Virus record (IMG/VR): IMGVR_UViG_3300020195_000009
Coordinates: 222,006 to 286,005 of that record
Direction: 5' to 3' (one strand)
DNA: 64,000 nucleotides
In this document: positions 29,293 through 40,330 of the stretch, piece after piece
How the letters are laid out: every line of letters begins with the position of its first letter
How positions within the stretch are numbered: position 1 is the first letter of the stretch
The notes under the pieces: model-generated
Databases searched by the model: none
What the model saw: only the letters and a program-made list of their open reading frames with translations
What the model was told of the DNA's origin: nothing
Made by a program: the position numbers and the translations under genes

Positions 29293-29724
29293 CGAGGCTA
29301 CCCTGACCGACCAGGGTACTCATCGTCGCTCCACAGAGGTTGCACTCTCTAAGCTCGAAAGTGCCCCACGGGTGCCGTTCCATCCGACTCGCCAGTTGTT
29401 CAAACTCAGACTTGGCGTAAGGGCGCCCGCATTCGCACCTTCGATGAATCTCCCCGGAATCGAGGAGTTGGTGCCGGATGTCCTTGATGAGCCCTTCAAG
29501 TTTGGCCCGCCCCACTTTGGGATCGAGGAGGAGATAGACCTCCTTGAGGTCCTCAGGCTCATCGAGGCGAAGGATCTCCCCCAAACCCTCGGGAGGAACC
29601 GGCCGTCTCCCCCAAATGAGACCCGCCACCAGTTGCACGGCTTCTTCGCGGGCCCACACCTTCACGAGAAGAACCCGATCTATCGTGGGTAGGTGGACCC
29701 TGTAGTAGTTGTCCATGGCCCTAT

Positions 29725-30342
29725 CTATTCTTGAGGATCAACATCACGTTCAAACCTCGTGGGGGCAAGAGGCTTGCCGGTCTCGTCCCATCGGGCTGTC
29801 TCCCCAGAAGGTACCGTTTCCCACATAGTGACTTCGACTGCGTCCGCTGGGAAATGAAACCCTGCGATCGTTCGAGGACCCATGATGCCATCCTCAGCTA
29901 CCCCTGCGGCTCGTTGAATCCTCCGAACCTCATCGGGAGTCGGAGGTCGAATCACGAAGAAGTCCGCTAGGTTGGGGATGATACGGATCTCTCTCGTCAC
30001 CCGAACCATCGGCTCAAACACCTGCTCAGGGAAGTCCCTAGCCATGAAGGTACCGGATTCTTGGCTGATCCCCGTAACAAGCAGACAGTACCCGTTGGAA
30101 TCCTCCAGGACATCGCCCACTTGGAAGATGCGGTTCCCCTGGGCGTCCTGGATCTGCTGGTGGCTGATCGTGCCCCAAGGCGGCCCATCGCCTAGCCCCG
30201 TGAGCCTAGCAAGCGCCACGTGAACAGGGCAATCGGCTTCTACCCGATCGTGGGCACCATTGTCTGACCAGACGCACGAGCAGACTTCTTCGGTCGAATT
30301 CCCAGCAACGGGTGCCGGAGGTTGAGGGTCTTCGGAAGGCAC
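29725..30342 (-). CDS. hypothetical protein with peptidoglycan-binding-like segment, ending PTRFERD
   Basis: IQRAAGVAEDGIMGPRT; GTG 10 nt after class II motif. Confidence 0.55.
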   Translation of the reverse strand: MPSEDPQPPAPVAGNSTEEVCSCVWSDNGAHDRVEADCPVHVALARLTGLGDGPPWGTISHQQIQDAQGNRIFQVGDVLEDSNGYCLLVTGISQESGTFMARDFPEQVFEPMVRVTREIRIIPNLADFFVIRPPTPDEVRRIQRAAGVAEDGIMGPRTIAGFHFPADAVEVTMWETVPSGETARWDETGKPLAPTRFERDVDPQE

Positions 30343-30491
30343 GTCAGAAGTTTACACCTGATGGGGTGCGATTCCAGCCAACTTAGGGCGTTAAATCGCG
30401 AAACCCCGCAAGTCTTTCGACTAGCAGGGTTCGTTACCACGATCCAACAGCCTTTTTAGGGCATGTCCTCGCCCGGTTACCCGGATGTGGC

Positions 30492-30920
30492 CGAGGTCCG
30501 CCTCAGATTTCTCTGAAACAGATAAACAGTGCCTTGTTTCAACTGCCTGATGGTTTGACCCACCTGCTTAGCCGATCCAACCAACCTGGAGTTACCCCCA
30601 GACTGAAGACACCCACGAGACCTTTCGATCCCCCGACCTCCCCGGTTCTTCTCCTCTTGCGAAGAGTCCCTCGGAGACCACCGCCAACCTCCCTTGCGGG
30701 AGGCCAACCGTGTTGGAATGAGATTTACTCATTCCCAGGTTCCAAACAGCCTTTCGACCATCTGAAGGGAGCCGGACTTCTTGCGTCCTCCGACCCTACC
30801 TTGAATTCCTTGCGGTCTCCAAGGGCCTGTCTGCCTGACTTGCGCCAGCACTGCTTGTTTCAACACGAAGAGTTGCCTCCCCGTGTTCAGAACGAGGCGG
30901 ACAGTACAGGCAGACCTCGC
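30492..30920 (-). ncRNA. large unannotated structured RNA (~430 nt)
   Basis: 12-bp closing helix, at least seven GNRA-capped hairpins with G-U pairs on the minus strand, GTGTT-N8 element at the predicted 5' end. Confidence 0.75.
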
Positions 30921-31047
30921 TGTAAGCAAACACTTTTTTCTACCTACTTGTCGATTCCCTACAGCTCATATAAAGTAGGTGGTCTGAACCACAAGCCTCT
31001 AAAACACCAAGGTGGGATAAGGAAATCCAACAACGGTTGACGATTCC

Positions 31048-31083
31048 GGTTGAAAACCAAAGTGGTCAAGGTGTCTCAAAGGG
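31048..31083 (+). promoter_or_regulatory. class I promoter, short SD leader
   Basis: GGTTGAAAA-N14-GTGTC-N8-AAGGGG..ATG(31097). Confidence 0.65.
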
Positions 31084-31096
31084 AAGGGGATCGACA

Positions 31097-33059
31097 ATGA
31101 CCTACGACGAGATGGCTGTGGAGATTCTGATGGGCCCTGGCTTGGTCAAGACCAAGCAGTCGAAGCTCTCGAAGCTTGCCAAGCAGGCGGCGGCTCGTCT
31201 GGAAAACCGTGTCGAGTGTCCCGAATGTGGACACGAGGGCCCGCACGAGGACAACGGGTGTTCGGGTTCGCAGAAGTCTTACCTCTGCTCCGGCTGCGGT
31301 TGCTGCTTCGATGCGGTGGCGTCGTGAAGGGGTTGGCGAATTTCAGCCGAACGCAGGAGGCCCTCAAAACCTACGACACCGACAAGTCTCGTCGGGACGC
31401 CGTTTGGGGCGCAACCGACACGAACGAGGCTGTCTATGCAGCCCAGGCCGAAGACAAGAAGGCGGCTGACAAGGTTCGTGAGGCTTTCGCCGAGGACACC
31501 AAGAACATCAACAGCCGCGAACAAGCCTTCCTCGTCAACCCAGACGATCCCTGGCTTCGCGGGCTGGTCACCAAGTACGGAGACGAATCATGAGTATTGT
31601 GTACTTTCAAACCGATCACGACGATCGCTGTCACGAGCTAAACGGGGAAACCCCGGCTCGTCTCAAAGACAAGACCCTCATGGGTCTTCTTCAAGACATG
31701 CCTGCCACCGGGGACACCCTGGAGGTTTACCTCGGGACCGACTGGGTGTCCGGTTGGATCCGTGGGGAACCCAACACCTACAAGTTCGAGATCGAATGCG
31801 TGTCGTTCGAGGACGAACGAACCGTCCACGGCGCCATCCACGATGGGCTCATCAAGTACTACAGTGCTCGAAGCAGCCCCCTTCCGTGGCACAAGATCAT
31901 CCCGCCTTCCAAGCAGTGCAACAACCTCCCGGACGAGGTCTACGTGGTCATCGCCAGGGAGGACCGCCAGCCGGACGGCTCCCAGGGTCGGTACACGCTC
32001 GCAACCCGAGCCTTCTTCAAGACTGAAGAGAAAGCCAAAGACTACGCCGTGGGGATCAGCTCCTCTCGGGAACCCCTGGTCATTCCAGGCCGTTTCAATC
32101 AAATGCGAAAGTCTGGTTGATTCCAACAACCCCTCAAGTGTTCTTCTACTATGAACGCCGACCTCATCTTCGTCCTCGCTGTTTCCTTCACGAACGGCAC
32201 GGTCCTGACCGCCAACAACGTTACCGCTGGTAACGGAATGGTGATCGACTGGCGCAACGTGAAGTCCGGTGAGACTGTCGTGTCTGAGGGTGATGCCTAC
32301 GACATGGCTGTCACCTTCGTTGGGCTCGTCGGGTGGGGTGCGGCGGCCATGGCTCTCGATGAGAAGGAGGCCGCATGAACCGCACCGAAGCCTACCAGAA
32401 GGACCGTAAGGGGGACTTCTACGTTGACGACTGCGAGGTCACCGGAGGCCATGGCGTCTTCGGGTCGGAGACCGGCTTCTGTTACGGGTCGTTCTCCGAC
32501 GCCTCCGACGCCTATAGGCTCTGCAACGACCTCATGGACGGAAAGGCCAGGATTCAGTGAGCCACGGGGAGGTCCGCCACCACGGCTTGAAGGAAGAACC
32601 GGACGGCTCCGCTCAGACCATCACCGAGACTTGGTGCAACCATTGCCGGAAGTGGATCCCTACCAATGGGGTTCTCGGCCCTCTCACTTTCATGGCGAAG
32701 CACCGAGACGGAGACTGTCAGCAGTCATGAGCCTTACCGAGCAAGAGATCCAAGACAGCATCCTCCGGTCCCAACGGGACGTCGCCCTTCTCCTCAAAGA
32801 AGCCAAAGCCAAGCTCACTTACGTGGAGAAGCTCGTCTCTGAGGGTCAGTGTGTTCTTCTTCGGTCCGATATTCCGATCGCTGAGCTAACGGCCATCCTT
32901 TGCAAATTTGACGCGATCGAAACCTGTCGGGAGGTCCTCCGCAAAGTCAAATCGGAGCGAAGCCGCAGGCAAGCTAAAGCCAGGGAGGGTGGTCGATGTA
33001 GGTTCAACCGCATCTCTCGGGGCAAAGTCCTGAAGGAAGAAAATTCAAAGTCTGGTTGA
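31097..33059 (+). other. small hypothetical genes (31097-31327 zinc ribbon, 31324-31593, 31590-32120, 32151-32378, 32375-32560, 32727-33059)
   Basis: Coupled ORFs downstream of class I promoters. Confidence 0.55.
32115..32150 (+). promoter_or_regulatory. class I promoter, leaderless; supplies upstream stop
   Basis: GGTTGATTC-N14-GTGTT-N8-ATG(32151). Confidence 0.8.
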
Positions 33060-33088
33060 TTCCAACCCAACCCAAGTGTTCTTCCAAC
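33054..33088 (+). promoter_or_regulatory. class I promoter, leaderless; supplies upstream stop
   Basis: GGTTGATTC-N13-GTGTT-N8-ATG(33089). Confidence 0.8.
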
Positions 33089-33652
33089 ATGAGCACGAAC
33101 GAGAACAATCAGGTCAGCATCACGGGTCCACGCCCCTGCACGCGTTGCAAGGGTGAGGGCCGTACGCACAGCCAGTGGGCTGTGGAGAACGGTTACGAGA
33201 CCGCTGAGGGTAAGCCCTGCACCCGCTGCAACGGAACGGGCCAGTTCGAGGGTCTCGATGTTGGAGCTATCATCGATGCGCTCTTCACGACCAAGGGCAA
33301 GAAGGCGTTTCGCAAGGCCTTCCCGGCCAAGATGGACCACTACAAGGGTGGGTTCGCTGCCCGTGTATACTACGTCTGGCGCCTCACTCGCTTTCACGGC
33401 GGCCGAGACGTCACGATGCCGATGACGGCCGACATGGTCATCGGCGGCGACCCCTTCCAGAAAGAGCTGGACGCCCTCGCGGGTCTCGTCGCCAAGAAGG
33501 TCTTTGGGACCGACATGGCGGCGGCTTACCGCTGGGGAATCCTCCTCGGCTTCCACAAGGGTGAGGTCCCTGCCGGTCTCCCCGAGACGGCCTACGAGGG
33601 TCCAGTCGCTGACGAGTTCAAGCCGGCCTTCGAGGCCCCCGAGCTTCGCTAA
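33089..33652 (+). CDS. protein with DnaJ-type CxxCxGxG zinc finger
   Basis: CTRCKGEG and CTRCNGTG. Confidence 0.65.
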   Translation: MSTNENNQVSITGPRPCTRCKGEGRTHSQWAVENGYETAEGKPCTRCNGTGQFEGLDVGAIIDALFTTKGKKAFRKAFPAKMDHYKGGFAARVYYVWRLTRFHGGRDVTMPMTADMVIGGDPFQKELDALAGLVAKKVFGTDMAAAYRWGILLGFHKGEVPAGLPETAYEGPVADEFKPAFEAPELR

Positions 33653-33982
33653 TGCCTCGCCAACGACGCCGTAGGGAGCCCGAGCCGGCTCCCGTAAACC
33701 CGGCCCTTGAGGTCCTTCTGGACCGCCGTGAGAAGCTGGAAGAGCAGCTCAGTGAGCTGGACGAGGAGCAGATGTGGACGGTCCTCCGGCTCGTCACCGA
33801 GAACCGGGACAAGATCCTGGAGTACCCCAAGAGTTTTCTCTTGGGCGCTGTGTTCACGGAGGACGACCTAACCCTCGGGGTCCACTCCTGCGAGAGCCCA
33901 ATCGGGATCTGCGTCTACGACGATATCAACGATCCCACCCACGACCACTGCCTCTTCTGCGGCGATCCTCGCGAAAGAAAGT

Positions 33983-34018
33983 AGTTGAATACTTAACCCT
34001 CTCGGGTGTCCCTTCAAC
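33983..34018 (+). promoter_or_regulatory. class I promoter, leaderless
   Basis: AGTTGAATA-N14-GTGTC-N8-ATG(34019). Confidence 0.75.
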
Positions 34019-34668
34019 ATGAAGACCCTCACCATCCTCAGCCAGCTCGACAAGATCGCCGCAGCGGACCTTCGTACGGCACTTAAGGACAAATACTCCG
34101 TCATCGGCAACACAAAGCGGGGCACGCTCACGCTGTCCTACTCCGAGGGCACGTACACGCTCTCGACCTTCAGTCACAACCCTGTCTGCATCGCCCAGGG
34201 CACCCCGGCCGTCGTTCGACCCATCCTCGCTTCCCTGTATGCTTGCGCCCGATGAGCCAGCGCAAGTACAGCATCGTGTGCCCCGTCGGCCTCCAGGCGT
34301 TTGGTGAGGATGGGCACCCCAAGTACAACGAGAACCACTATTCGTGATGTCCAACGTGGGTGTGTACATCACCAAGGAAGAGTATGCCCAGCAGGAGCGT
34401 GACTGTGAGGCTCGGGGAGCTTGCTCTGACGACCTCGGGGAGTACCCCATCGGCTCAGACTGCACCAAGAAGCTAAAAGCGGCTGGCGTCCCGGTTTACA
34501 CGAGGGGATCGTGAACCTCCACGAGCGTATCGCTAAGGCTCTAGGTTGGTCCGTCCAGGATACCCAGAGCTGCTCGCTGCCAACCTTGCGAGAACTCGTA
34601 CGGCCCGTCTCCCCGTCCCTCGCCTACGAAATCAGCCAAGTCATTCAGTCGGGCTCTCGTCTCTTTTT

Positions 34669-34704
34669 GGTTGAATCCGAACCTCCCTCAGGTGTTCCCT
34701 CAAC
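34669..34704 (+). promoter_or_regulatory. class I promoter, leaderless
   Basis: GGTTGAATC-N14-GTGTT-N8-ATG(34705). Confidence 0.8.
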
Positions 34705-35210
34705 ATGAAGACGCTCCGCATCGTCAGCAGCGACAAGATCAACCAGGCGACCAAGGACGTGCGGTACAACGATTACCGCCTGTCCAACTGGCTGGGTGAG
34801 ACCCAGCTTTGGGCTTGGGGGGGCGGGGACGCGATGGTCGTCGTGACCGGGACTCTCCCCGGTCGAGTCACCGGCTACACGGTCATCCGTGTCGGCAAGA
34901 CCGTCCGCGTCATCGAGGGGAGCGTCAACAACGCTCTCCGTGAGATGGGGTTCAACCCCGAGAAGGATTTCAAGGTCGCATGAACATTCAACAATTCCTT
35001 GCGGAACTGAAGATATACGCCGACACGGGTAGTGCGGTGGAATCTCTCCGGGTTGCACTCCTACTCGGATCCGCTCCTGCGGCCAGTGAGGCGTTGGAGG
35101 CGGCTCGTGAGCAACTAGAGCGAAATCAAGAACGGGGCCAGTTCTCCAGCGAGGAGCATCAGAACCGATTGGCTGGGCTCCTCGATTTTCTCAAGATCAT
35201 TGACCCGCCA

Positions 35211-35245
35211 GGTTGATTCCCAACCCCCTCCCGTGTTCTTCCAAC
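35211..35245 (+). promoter_or_regulatory. class I promoter, leaderless; supplies upstream stop
   Basis: GGTTGATTC-N13-GTGTT-N8-ATG(35246). Confidence 0.8.
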
Positions 35246-35551
35246 ATGAGCAACGTAGTCGCAAACACCATCGTCTCGCAGATCGGCCGCTCTACGGGCC
35301 GCATGGCCTCGATGATCGGAGCCTACAACTTCATCGCCGGGGCCTACGCCCTGACGTTCAGGTTCAAGGCTCGGGCCAAGAACGCAGCCAACTGCGTTCG
35401 CATCACCCTCGGGGCCTCGGATACCTACCGGGTCGAGTTCATCAGTGTTCGGGGTGTGAAGGTCAACACGAAGGGCGACTTCTCCGACGTGTACGCTGAG
35501 GACCTCAAGCCCCTCTTCGAGCGTGAGACCGGCCTTTACCTTTCGCCCTGA
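35246..35551 (+). CDS. conserved phage hypothetical protein
   Basis: VANTIVSQIG..MIGA..D.Y.EDL..LFE.ETGL pattern; leaderless. Confidence 0.65.
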   Translation: MSNVVANTIVSQIGRSTGRMASMIGAYNFIAGAYALTFRFKARAKNAANCVRITLGASDTYRVEFISVRGVKVNTKGDFSDVYAEDLKPLFERETGLYLSP

Positions 35552-35752
35552 AGCCAATGACTACCTGCAACGCGGATCTCGATCACCCGTGCGATGCCGG
35601 CCCAGACGAGTCCCCGTGCTCGGCTTGTCGGGCAGAGCACACCTACTGGCAGGCTCAATGGAAGGTGGCCTCCCCCGAAGAGAAGAACCCGGCTCAGTAC
35701 GCTCAAGACCTTCGGGATGCCGGGAGAGGTCATCTACTCCCCGAGTGACCAA

Positions 35753-35866
35753 CTTCGAGGCAGAGTGCAGCGGCCCGCCACAAAGCGGGACGAGGGTAAA
35801 GCGGTCCGGCCGGACGCCCCCTCAGTGTGAGGTGCAAGCCCTCACCCCTTGCACTCTGCCCCGAAG
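35753..35866 (+). ncRNA. tRNA-like cloverleaf RNA with extended closing stem
   Basis: CTTCG-A-GGCAGAGTGCA/TGCACTCTGCC-C-CGAAG; three internal hairpins, the last GTGAGG-TGCAAGC-CCTCAC (T-arm-like). Confidence 0.6.
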
Positions 35867-35877
35867 ATGTCGATTTA

Positions 35878-35913
35878 GGTTGAATCTCAAACACCCTTCC
35901 GTGTTGACGGTCA
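35878..35913 (+). promoter_or_regulatory. class I promoter, leadered
   Basis: GGTTGAATC-N14-GTGTT-N8-A..AGGAG..ATG(35939). Confidence 0.7.
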
Positions 35914-36621
35914 AGAAGGCCGTTCAGGAGTCCGTGTCATGAAACCCATCAACCTGACCCAGAAGGAAATCCAGCGAGCTTGTGACGGCCTCACCGTCGT
36001 GGTTCGCCTCCAGGCTTCGACCAACCTCTACATGGTCGCAGCCGTCAACGTTCAGACCGGCCTTCCGGTCTTCAAGCCGAGCATGGTCTCCAAGAGCGAG
36101 ATTCACAAGGCTGTCAGGACTGAGCTTCGGATGGCCTCCAAGTGTGGGATGGGCGGCTCGATGGCCGACGCATCCCGCTTTCGTGAGGTCTCGTGAGTCC
36201 TCGAATCCAAGCAGTTACGGATTTTCTCCGTTGGCTCGATGACAACGAGAAGCCGGTTGCTCTATGCAATACGGACGACTACGACCGCCCATTCGCCAAC
36301 AACATCGAGGCTCTCCTGGCAGAATGGGAGAAAAGTGAACATCATGCCCATCCCCATTCATCGCGAAGACCCTGAAGATCCCCCGGTGGAGCGTTGCTGC
36401 TTCTGCCGTAACGTGACGCCCTTCTGGACGTCACTGTCGGACCGCAAGGGTGGGCAACAGGTAGCTTGCTGCGAGCACTGTGCAGGCCGGGGTGACCCGG
36501 TTGACGTTCCGACAAAGGACCAGTGGTGCCGGAGGGAGAGGATTGCGCATCGGCCGACCATCGGGGAAATCTCCCAGGGTCGTGACCGAAACTACCCTCC
36601 CCCTCCCATCACGAACCGTCC

Positions 36622-37131
36622 CTAGTTGGCGTTGGCGAACGCGTGGGTCGACTTCCCGCTCATCGACTTCCCGTTGGTGACCTTGGGGGGAAGAAGGGTC
36701 CAAACCATTTGGCCCTTCTTCCCTGACTTGGATCGGACCAAGCCAGCCTTCCCGAGCTTGACGAGCATGGGAGCGAGACCCTGAGCCCCACGGAGCCCGA
36801 TGCTCTTGGCGATCTCTCTGGCAAGCATCCCCTCAGAACCCTCCAGGGCACCAAGGACTCGACTCTGACGCTCCTCGGGGGTCATCTTGGACAACTTGGT
36901 CTTGCGCCCTGGCTTGCCCGCCTTGGGCTTGAGGGAGAGCTTCTCGACGAGCTTCTGACCCTGGGGTGAGACGGCTTGGATGAGCGTCCCAGAAGCCACC
37001 GTGGTCATGAGTCGGGAGACTTGCAGGATGTCTGTCTCGCTCATGCTTGGGTGTTGGGCTCGGATCTGGAACAAGAGCCTCCCAAGGTGAAGGAACTGGT
37101 TGATGGCCTCTTTGTCCTGATCTGTCTTCAT
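36622..37131 (-). CDS. protein with C-terminal winged-helix domain
   Basis: VLGAL..GMLAREIA..L.KL.KAGLV..VWTL. Confidence 0.55.
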   Translation of the reverse strand: MKTDQDKEAINQFLHLGRLLFQIRAQHPSMSETDILQVSRLMTTVASGTLIQAVSPQGQKLVEKLSLKPKAGKPGRKTKLSKMTPEERQSRVLGALEGSEGMLAREIAKSIGLRGAQGLAPMLVKLGKAGLVRSKSGKKGQMVWTLLPPKVTNGKSMSGKSTHAFANAN

Positions 37132-37634
37132 TTGATGTACCCCATTTTGGTTAGAGCGGCTTCTAACTGCCCAACCCGCCGTTTCAGTTTCGCGTTCTCT
37201 TTCCTCAGCTTCACAATTTGAGGTGAGACCCTCGGGGGTGTTTGAAGTCCAAGCTCCTGCCTCCTCTGGCGGACATACTCCGCCACGAGCTGGTAAGTAG
37301 GGGGCACCTTGTGAGCCTTGATCCAGCCGAGAGTCTTCCGCGTCACGCTCTGACGATGATCCTTGGGGAGACGGGCCAGGGCGGCACTGCCGTACACTCC
37401 AAATGTTCGCACATCTAGGAACTTGGACGCCGCCTTAAAGGCTCGGTACAAGGTTGGAGTGCAGAGCCGGTCTTCCCGAAGGAGCACATCCCAGCGGTGC
37501 GTTTTATGGGGATTGTCCCACCAGATCGCCGTCTTGGGTTCCGTCTCTACGAGAAGCGTCATCAGAGAGAGCCGTTGCTCTTCGCCTAAATTCGCGTACT
37601 TCCGCGCTGTTCGGACGAACGTGTCGTAGTTCAC
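37128..37634 (-). CDS. hypothetical protein
   Basis: Coupled to 36622..37131. Confidence 0.5.
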   Translation of the reverse strand: MNYDTFVRTARKYANLGEEQRLSLMTLLVETEPKTAIWWDNPHKTHRWDVLLREDRLCTPTLYRAFKAASKFLDVRTFGVYGSAALARLPKDHRQSVTRKTLGWIKAHKVPPTYQLVAEYVRQRRQELGLQTPPRVSPQIVKLRKENAKLKRRVGQLEAALTKMGYIK

Positions 37635-38172
37635 CCTCGGCTCATATCACCGGACGGGTGACCCCTCAAAGCAGAAACGACACGGCGCCTCTACTTTTGC
37701 AGGTCGAGTGAGTTAGATCCGGTCAAACCGTGTAGATCGCTTAGGCTTTGGAGCGGACCTAAGAATTTGGACGAGCCCCTCCGCCCAGTCCCGGCACTTC
37801 GAGCAAAGGGGGATGGGGAGCCCTTTGCCTGTCGGATCCTCAAACGAACACGCTGGGTCCGCTGGGCTGGAGCACTCGTTACACTTCACCATCAGGAACT
37901 CTTCGCCGGGTACTTCTCACGTAGGTAGACTTCGAGCCCCTGTTTGAGAAGATGTTCTTCACCCCAGTTGATGCCGAAGGACTCCTCAAACTCCGCGTCG
38001 GGGAACTCCAGCTTGGCTCGATCCTTCAAAGGGTTGAGCCAACCGCCCTTGTAGAAGCGACCTTGGCCTACAATACACCAGCCGATGGTCTTGCCGTTGT
38101 ACTGATGACCATCGCTGATTGCGTGGCAGGTGAACTTCGTCGCCATGCCCTAAGCGTACACCGGAGGTAAAG

Positions 38173-38733
38173 CTAACATTCGACAAGCTCCCCATTTCTG
38201 AGCCAGCCGTGATACCCGTTTGGCCCGTTGAAAAGGATCGAAGGGTTTGCCGTCACGTTGGGAGGTACGCCAGTCCTAGTCCAACGGTTGGGGCCGTCAA
38301 CGACCCACTCCCCACCGGGAGTCTTGACGACCAAGCAATGCCCATCCGACCCCTTCCAAGGATACCAATCGGCGTACCACATAGCGCCGACCGGAGCTGA
38401 TTCAAGAGTCACCCAAAGCGGGAACGCTTCCGTCTTGAATAGACGGTTCAAGTTGTGCTGCCACTGATCTTCCGGTTTGAAATCATAACCACACTTGGAA
38501 CAAGCCTTAGGCCAACGGGGATCTTCATGGGGAAAGTTGTCTGCCCCTTCCCCCATCATTACTTCCGCCCCTTCCCCCATCTGATAAGAAACGGTTTCCA
38601 ACACAACCGACGCATCATGACCCCAAGTACCTGCCCCCGGGCAGGTAGCACGATCCCCGTACGTGAATCGCCTTAGACTCTGGCGGGCTTGGTCAATGGG
38701 TTGGAGGAAGAAACATTTGATGGTACTGCCCAT
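38173..38733 (-). CDS. conserved phage protein with C-terminal TANPSI..YHGWL motif
   Basis: WTRTGVPPNVTANPSIL..YHGWLRNG. Confidence 0.6.
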   Translation of the reverse strand: MGSTIKCFFLQPIDQARQSLRRFTYGDRATCPGAGTWGHDASVVLETVSYQMGEGAEVMMGEGADNFPHEDPRWPKACSKCGYDFKPEDQWQHNLNRLFKTEAFPLWVTLESAPVGAMWYADWYPWKGSDGHCLVVKTPGGEWVVDGPNRWTRTGVPPNVTANPSILFNGPNGYHGWLRNGELVEC

Positions 38734-38776
38734 ACCATTTCAAAATTCATCGACAGAAATTCAAGAGGAGATTTAC

Positions 38777-39124
38777 TTACACGGGCTCGTCTCTGTTAAA
38801 TCTGGTTCGCGTGTGATCCAGGCACTTTGCTTCGTACTTGGCGTGAACGCCCTCGTCTTCCGACACGACCCGAATGAGTCGAAGATGAGTCTGGGAGCCG
38901 GCGTAAAACGTCCTCTCACAAACGATGCACTTCCGATCTTCTTGGAGGGTCTCCACGACCCAACCCCCAACCTGGACCTCGCACGCCCCCGCATGGATCC
39001 TACCAAGCGAGATGTAAGCTCTAGCCTCTTCCTCGGTACGAAAGGCCGTCACGAGAGCCCATGGCTCCGTTGAGGTCTCGTAGACGTGCCATCGGCCGTT
39101 ACGCTCTTGAACCGAAAGGGACAC
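38777..39124 (-). CDS. Cys-containing hypothetical protein ending RTRFNRD
   Basis: CIVC; class II-like motif upstream. Confidence 0.5.
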   Translation of the reverse strand: MSLSVQERNGRWHVYETSTEPWALVTAFRTEEEARAYISLGRIHAGACEVQVGGWVVETLQEDRKCIVCERTFYAGSQTHLRLIRVVSEDEGVHAKYEAKCLDHTRTRFNRDEPV

Positions 39125-39169
39125 GGGTGTCCCTGGTATAACACCGGAACCCAGGCCTTTCGAGGGATC

Positions 39170-40288
39170 TCAACCTTGGATGGAACCCATCATCCCTAGT
39201 TGATAACCTGTTGGGTTTCCGTTGTCCCCATAGAACGTAGCCGATGCTCCGTTTACATACTCCAACCAGTAAATTTGGTGGAACCCAAGGCCTGGGTAAT
39301 TCTCGTAAGTCGCTTCGGTCCCTACGGCCTGAGCAGAGCTTTGATTACCCCCATAGATATCAGCGCTGTTCGTGCTCGTTGAGTCGATACCGACCCCAGT
39401 TGAGCCAGTCCCCTCACTTCCTGAACCGATACCTAAAATATGAGCATTAACGCTAAGAAGCGCATCCCCCATCCCGCATACATATTGAAAACTGTTGGAG
39501 GAGGAGCCGTTTACAGCCCGCCAAGTGGCTGTACCGTAACTCCACGAGTCCGTAGATTCGGTGACCTTAAGCTTGCGTTTGACTGGGTTGTAGTAGTTCC
39601 AGACAAACCGCTTAGCTATTGAATCCTCAGTGGTTGTGGTGCTCGTCGTCCGAATCGTTCCAAGGTAACGTCGAGTCAAACTGCCAGACTTTACCCAGAC
39701 CCCGTCTTGAAGAGCGAGAGCATCTGTTCGAGCCGTGTCCGTCGACCACGCAGCGGATAGTTCGATCGTCAGCGTGCCGGAGTTATCGTACAAAAATACG
39801 TCGTAGTTCTTGTCGTTTGTGAGGCTAGTAAGGGTGAACGAGACCTCACTAGCGCCGTACAGTTTCCAGATCGTCCCGTTGTAAAGAGCGATCCGGTTAC
39901 CCTTATAGGGGGTGAAATACAACGTGGCGGCGGCCGTCACATCACTCGTTGTTACCGGGACGGCCGTGGTCAAGGTGAGTCGACCACCAACTTCGCTGAG
40001 GGGCATCGTATCTGAGGTCTGAGCTTCAATGGCCCCAGCGGTTACAACATGAGTGATCGTCGCTCCGTCCGCATGAGAAGCTGCGGTGGAGCCTTCGATC
40101 CCTCGGGTAACCGTGAAGTTGGACCCTGAGACCGCCGTGACAAGAAGCAGCTCAGCGTCGATCTTGATCCGAAAGTTCCCAGTGGTGGGGAACAGCGTCG
40201 CCGAAGTCACGACGATAGGCGTGACAACCGAGTCAATCGCCCCGTTCAGGGTCGTGAAAGCCTTGTTGGCAAATTTCTCGGTGGCCAA
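39170..40288 (-). CDS. tail-fibre-like structural protein
   Basis: TTLNGAI, GRLTLTTAVPV, RYLGTIRT, RFVWNYYN blocks typical of phage fibre modules; lower GC than its neighbours. Confidence 0.65.
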   Translation of the reverse strand: MATEKFANKAFTTLNGAIDSVVTPIVVTSATLFPTTGNFRIKIDAELLLVTAVSGSNFTVTRGIEGSTAASHADGATITHVVTAGAIEAQTSDTMPLSEVGGRLTLTTAVPVTTSDVTAAATLYFTPYKGNRIALYNGTIWKLYGASEVSFTLTSLTNDKNYDVFLYDNSGTLTIELSAAWSTDTARTDALALQDGVWVKSGSLTRRYLGTIRTTSTTTTEDSIAKRFVWNYYNPVKRKLKVTESTDSWSYGTATWRAVNGSSSNSFQYVCGMGDALLSVNAHILGIGSGSEGTGSTGVGIDSTSTNSADIYGGNQSSAQAVGTEATYENYPGLGFHQIYWLEYVNGASATFYGDNGNPTGYQLGMMGSIQG

Positions 40289-40330
40289 GGTGTGCCTCTA
40301 CCCCTGGCAAGCGAACAAGAAGATTCGGAT

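Noticed and set aside
30492-30920. RNase P, tmRNA or self-splicing intron; also ORF 30534..31040
   Set aside because: No GAGGAAAGTCC P4 motif, tRNA-like ends or domain V seen, and no interrupted gene; the ORF is Pro/Arg-rich antisense noise
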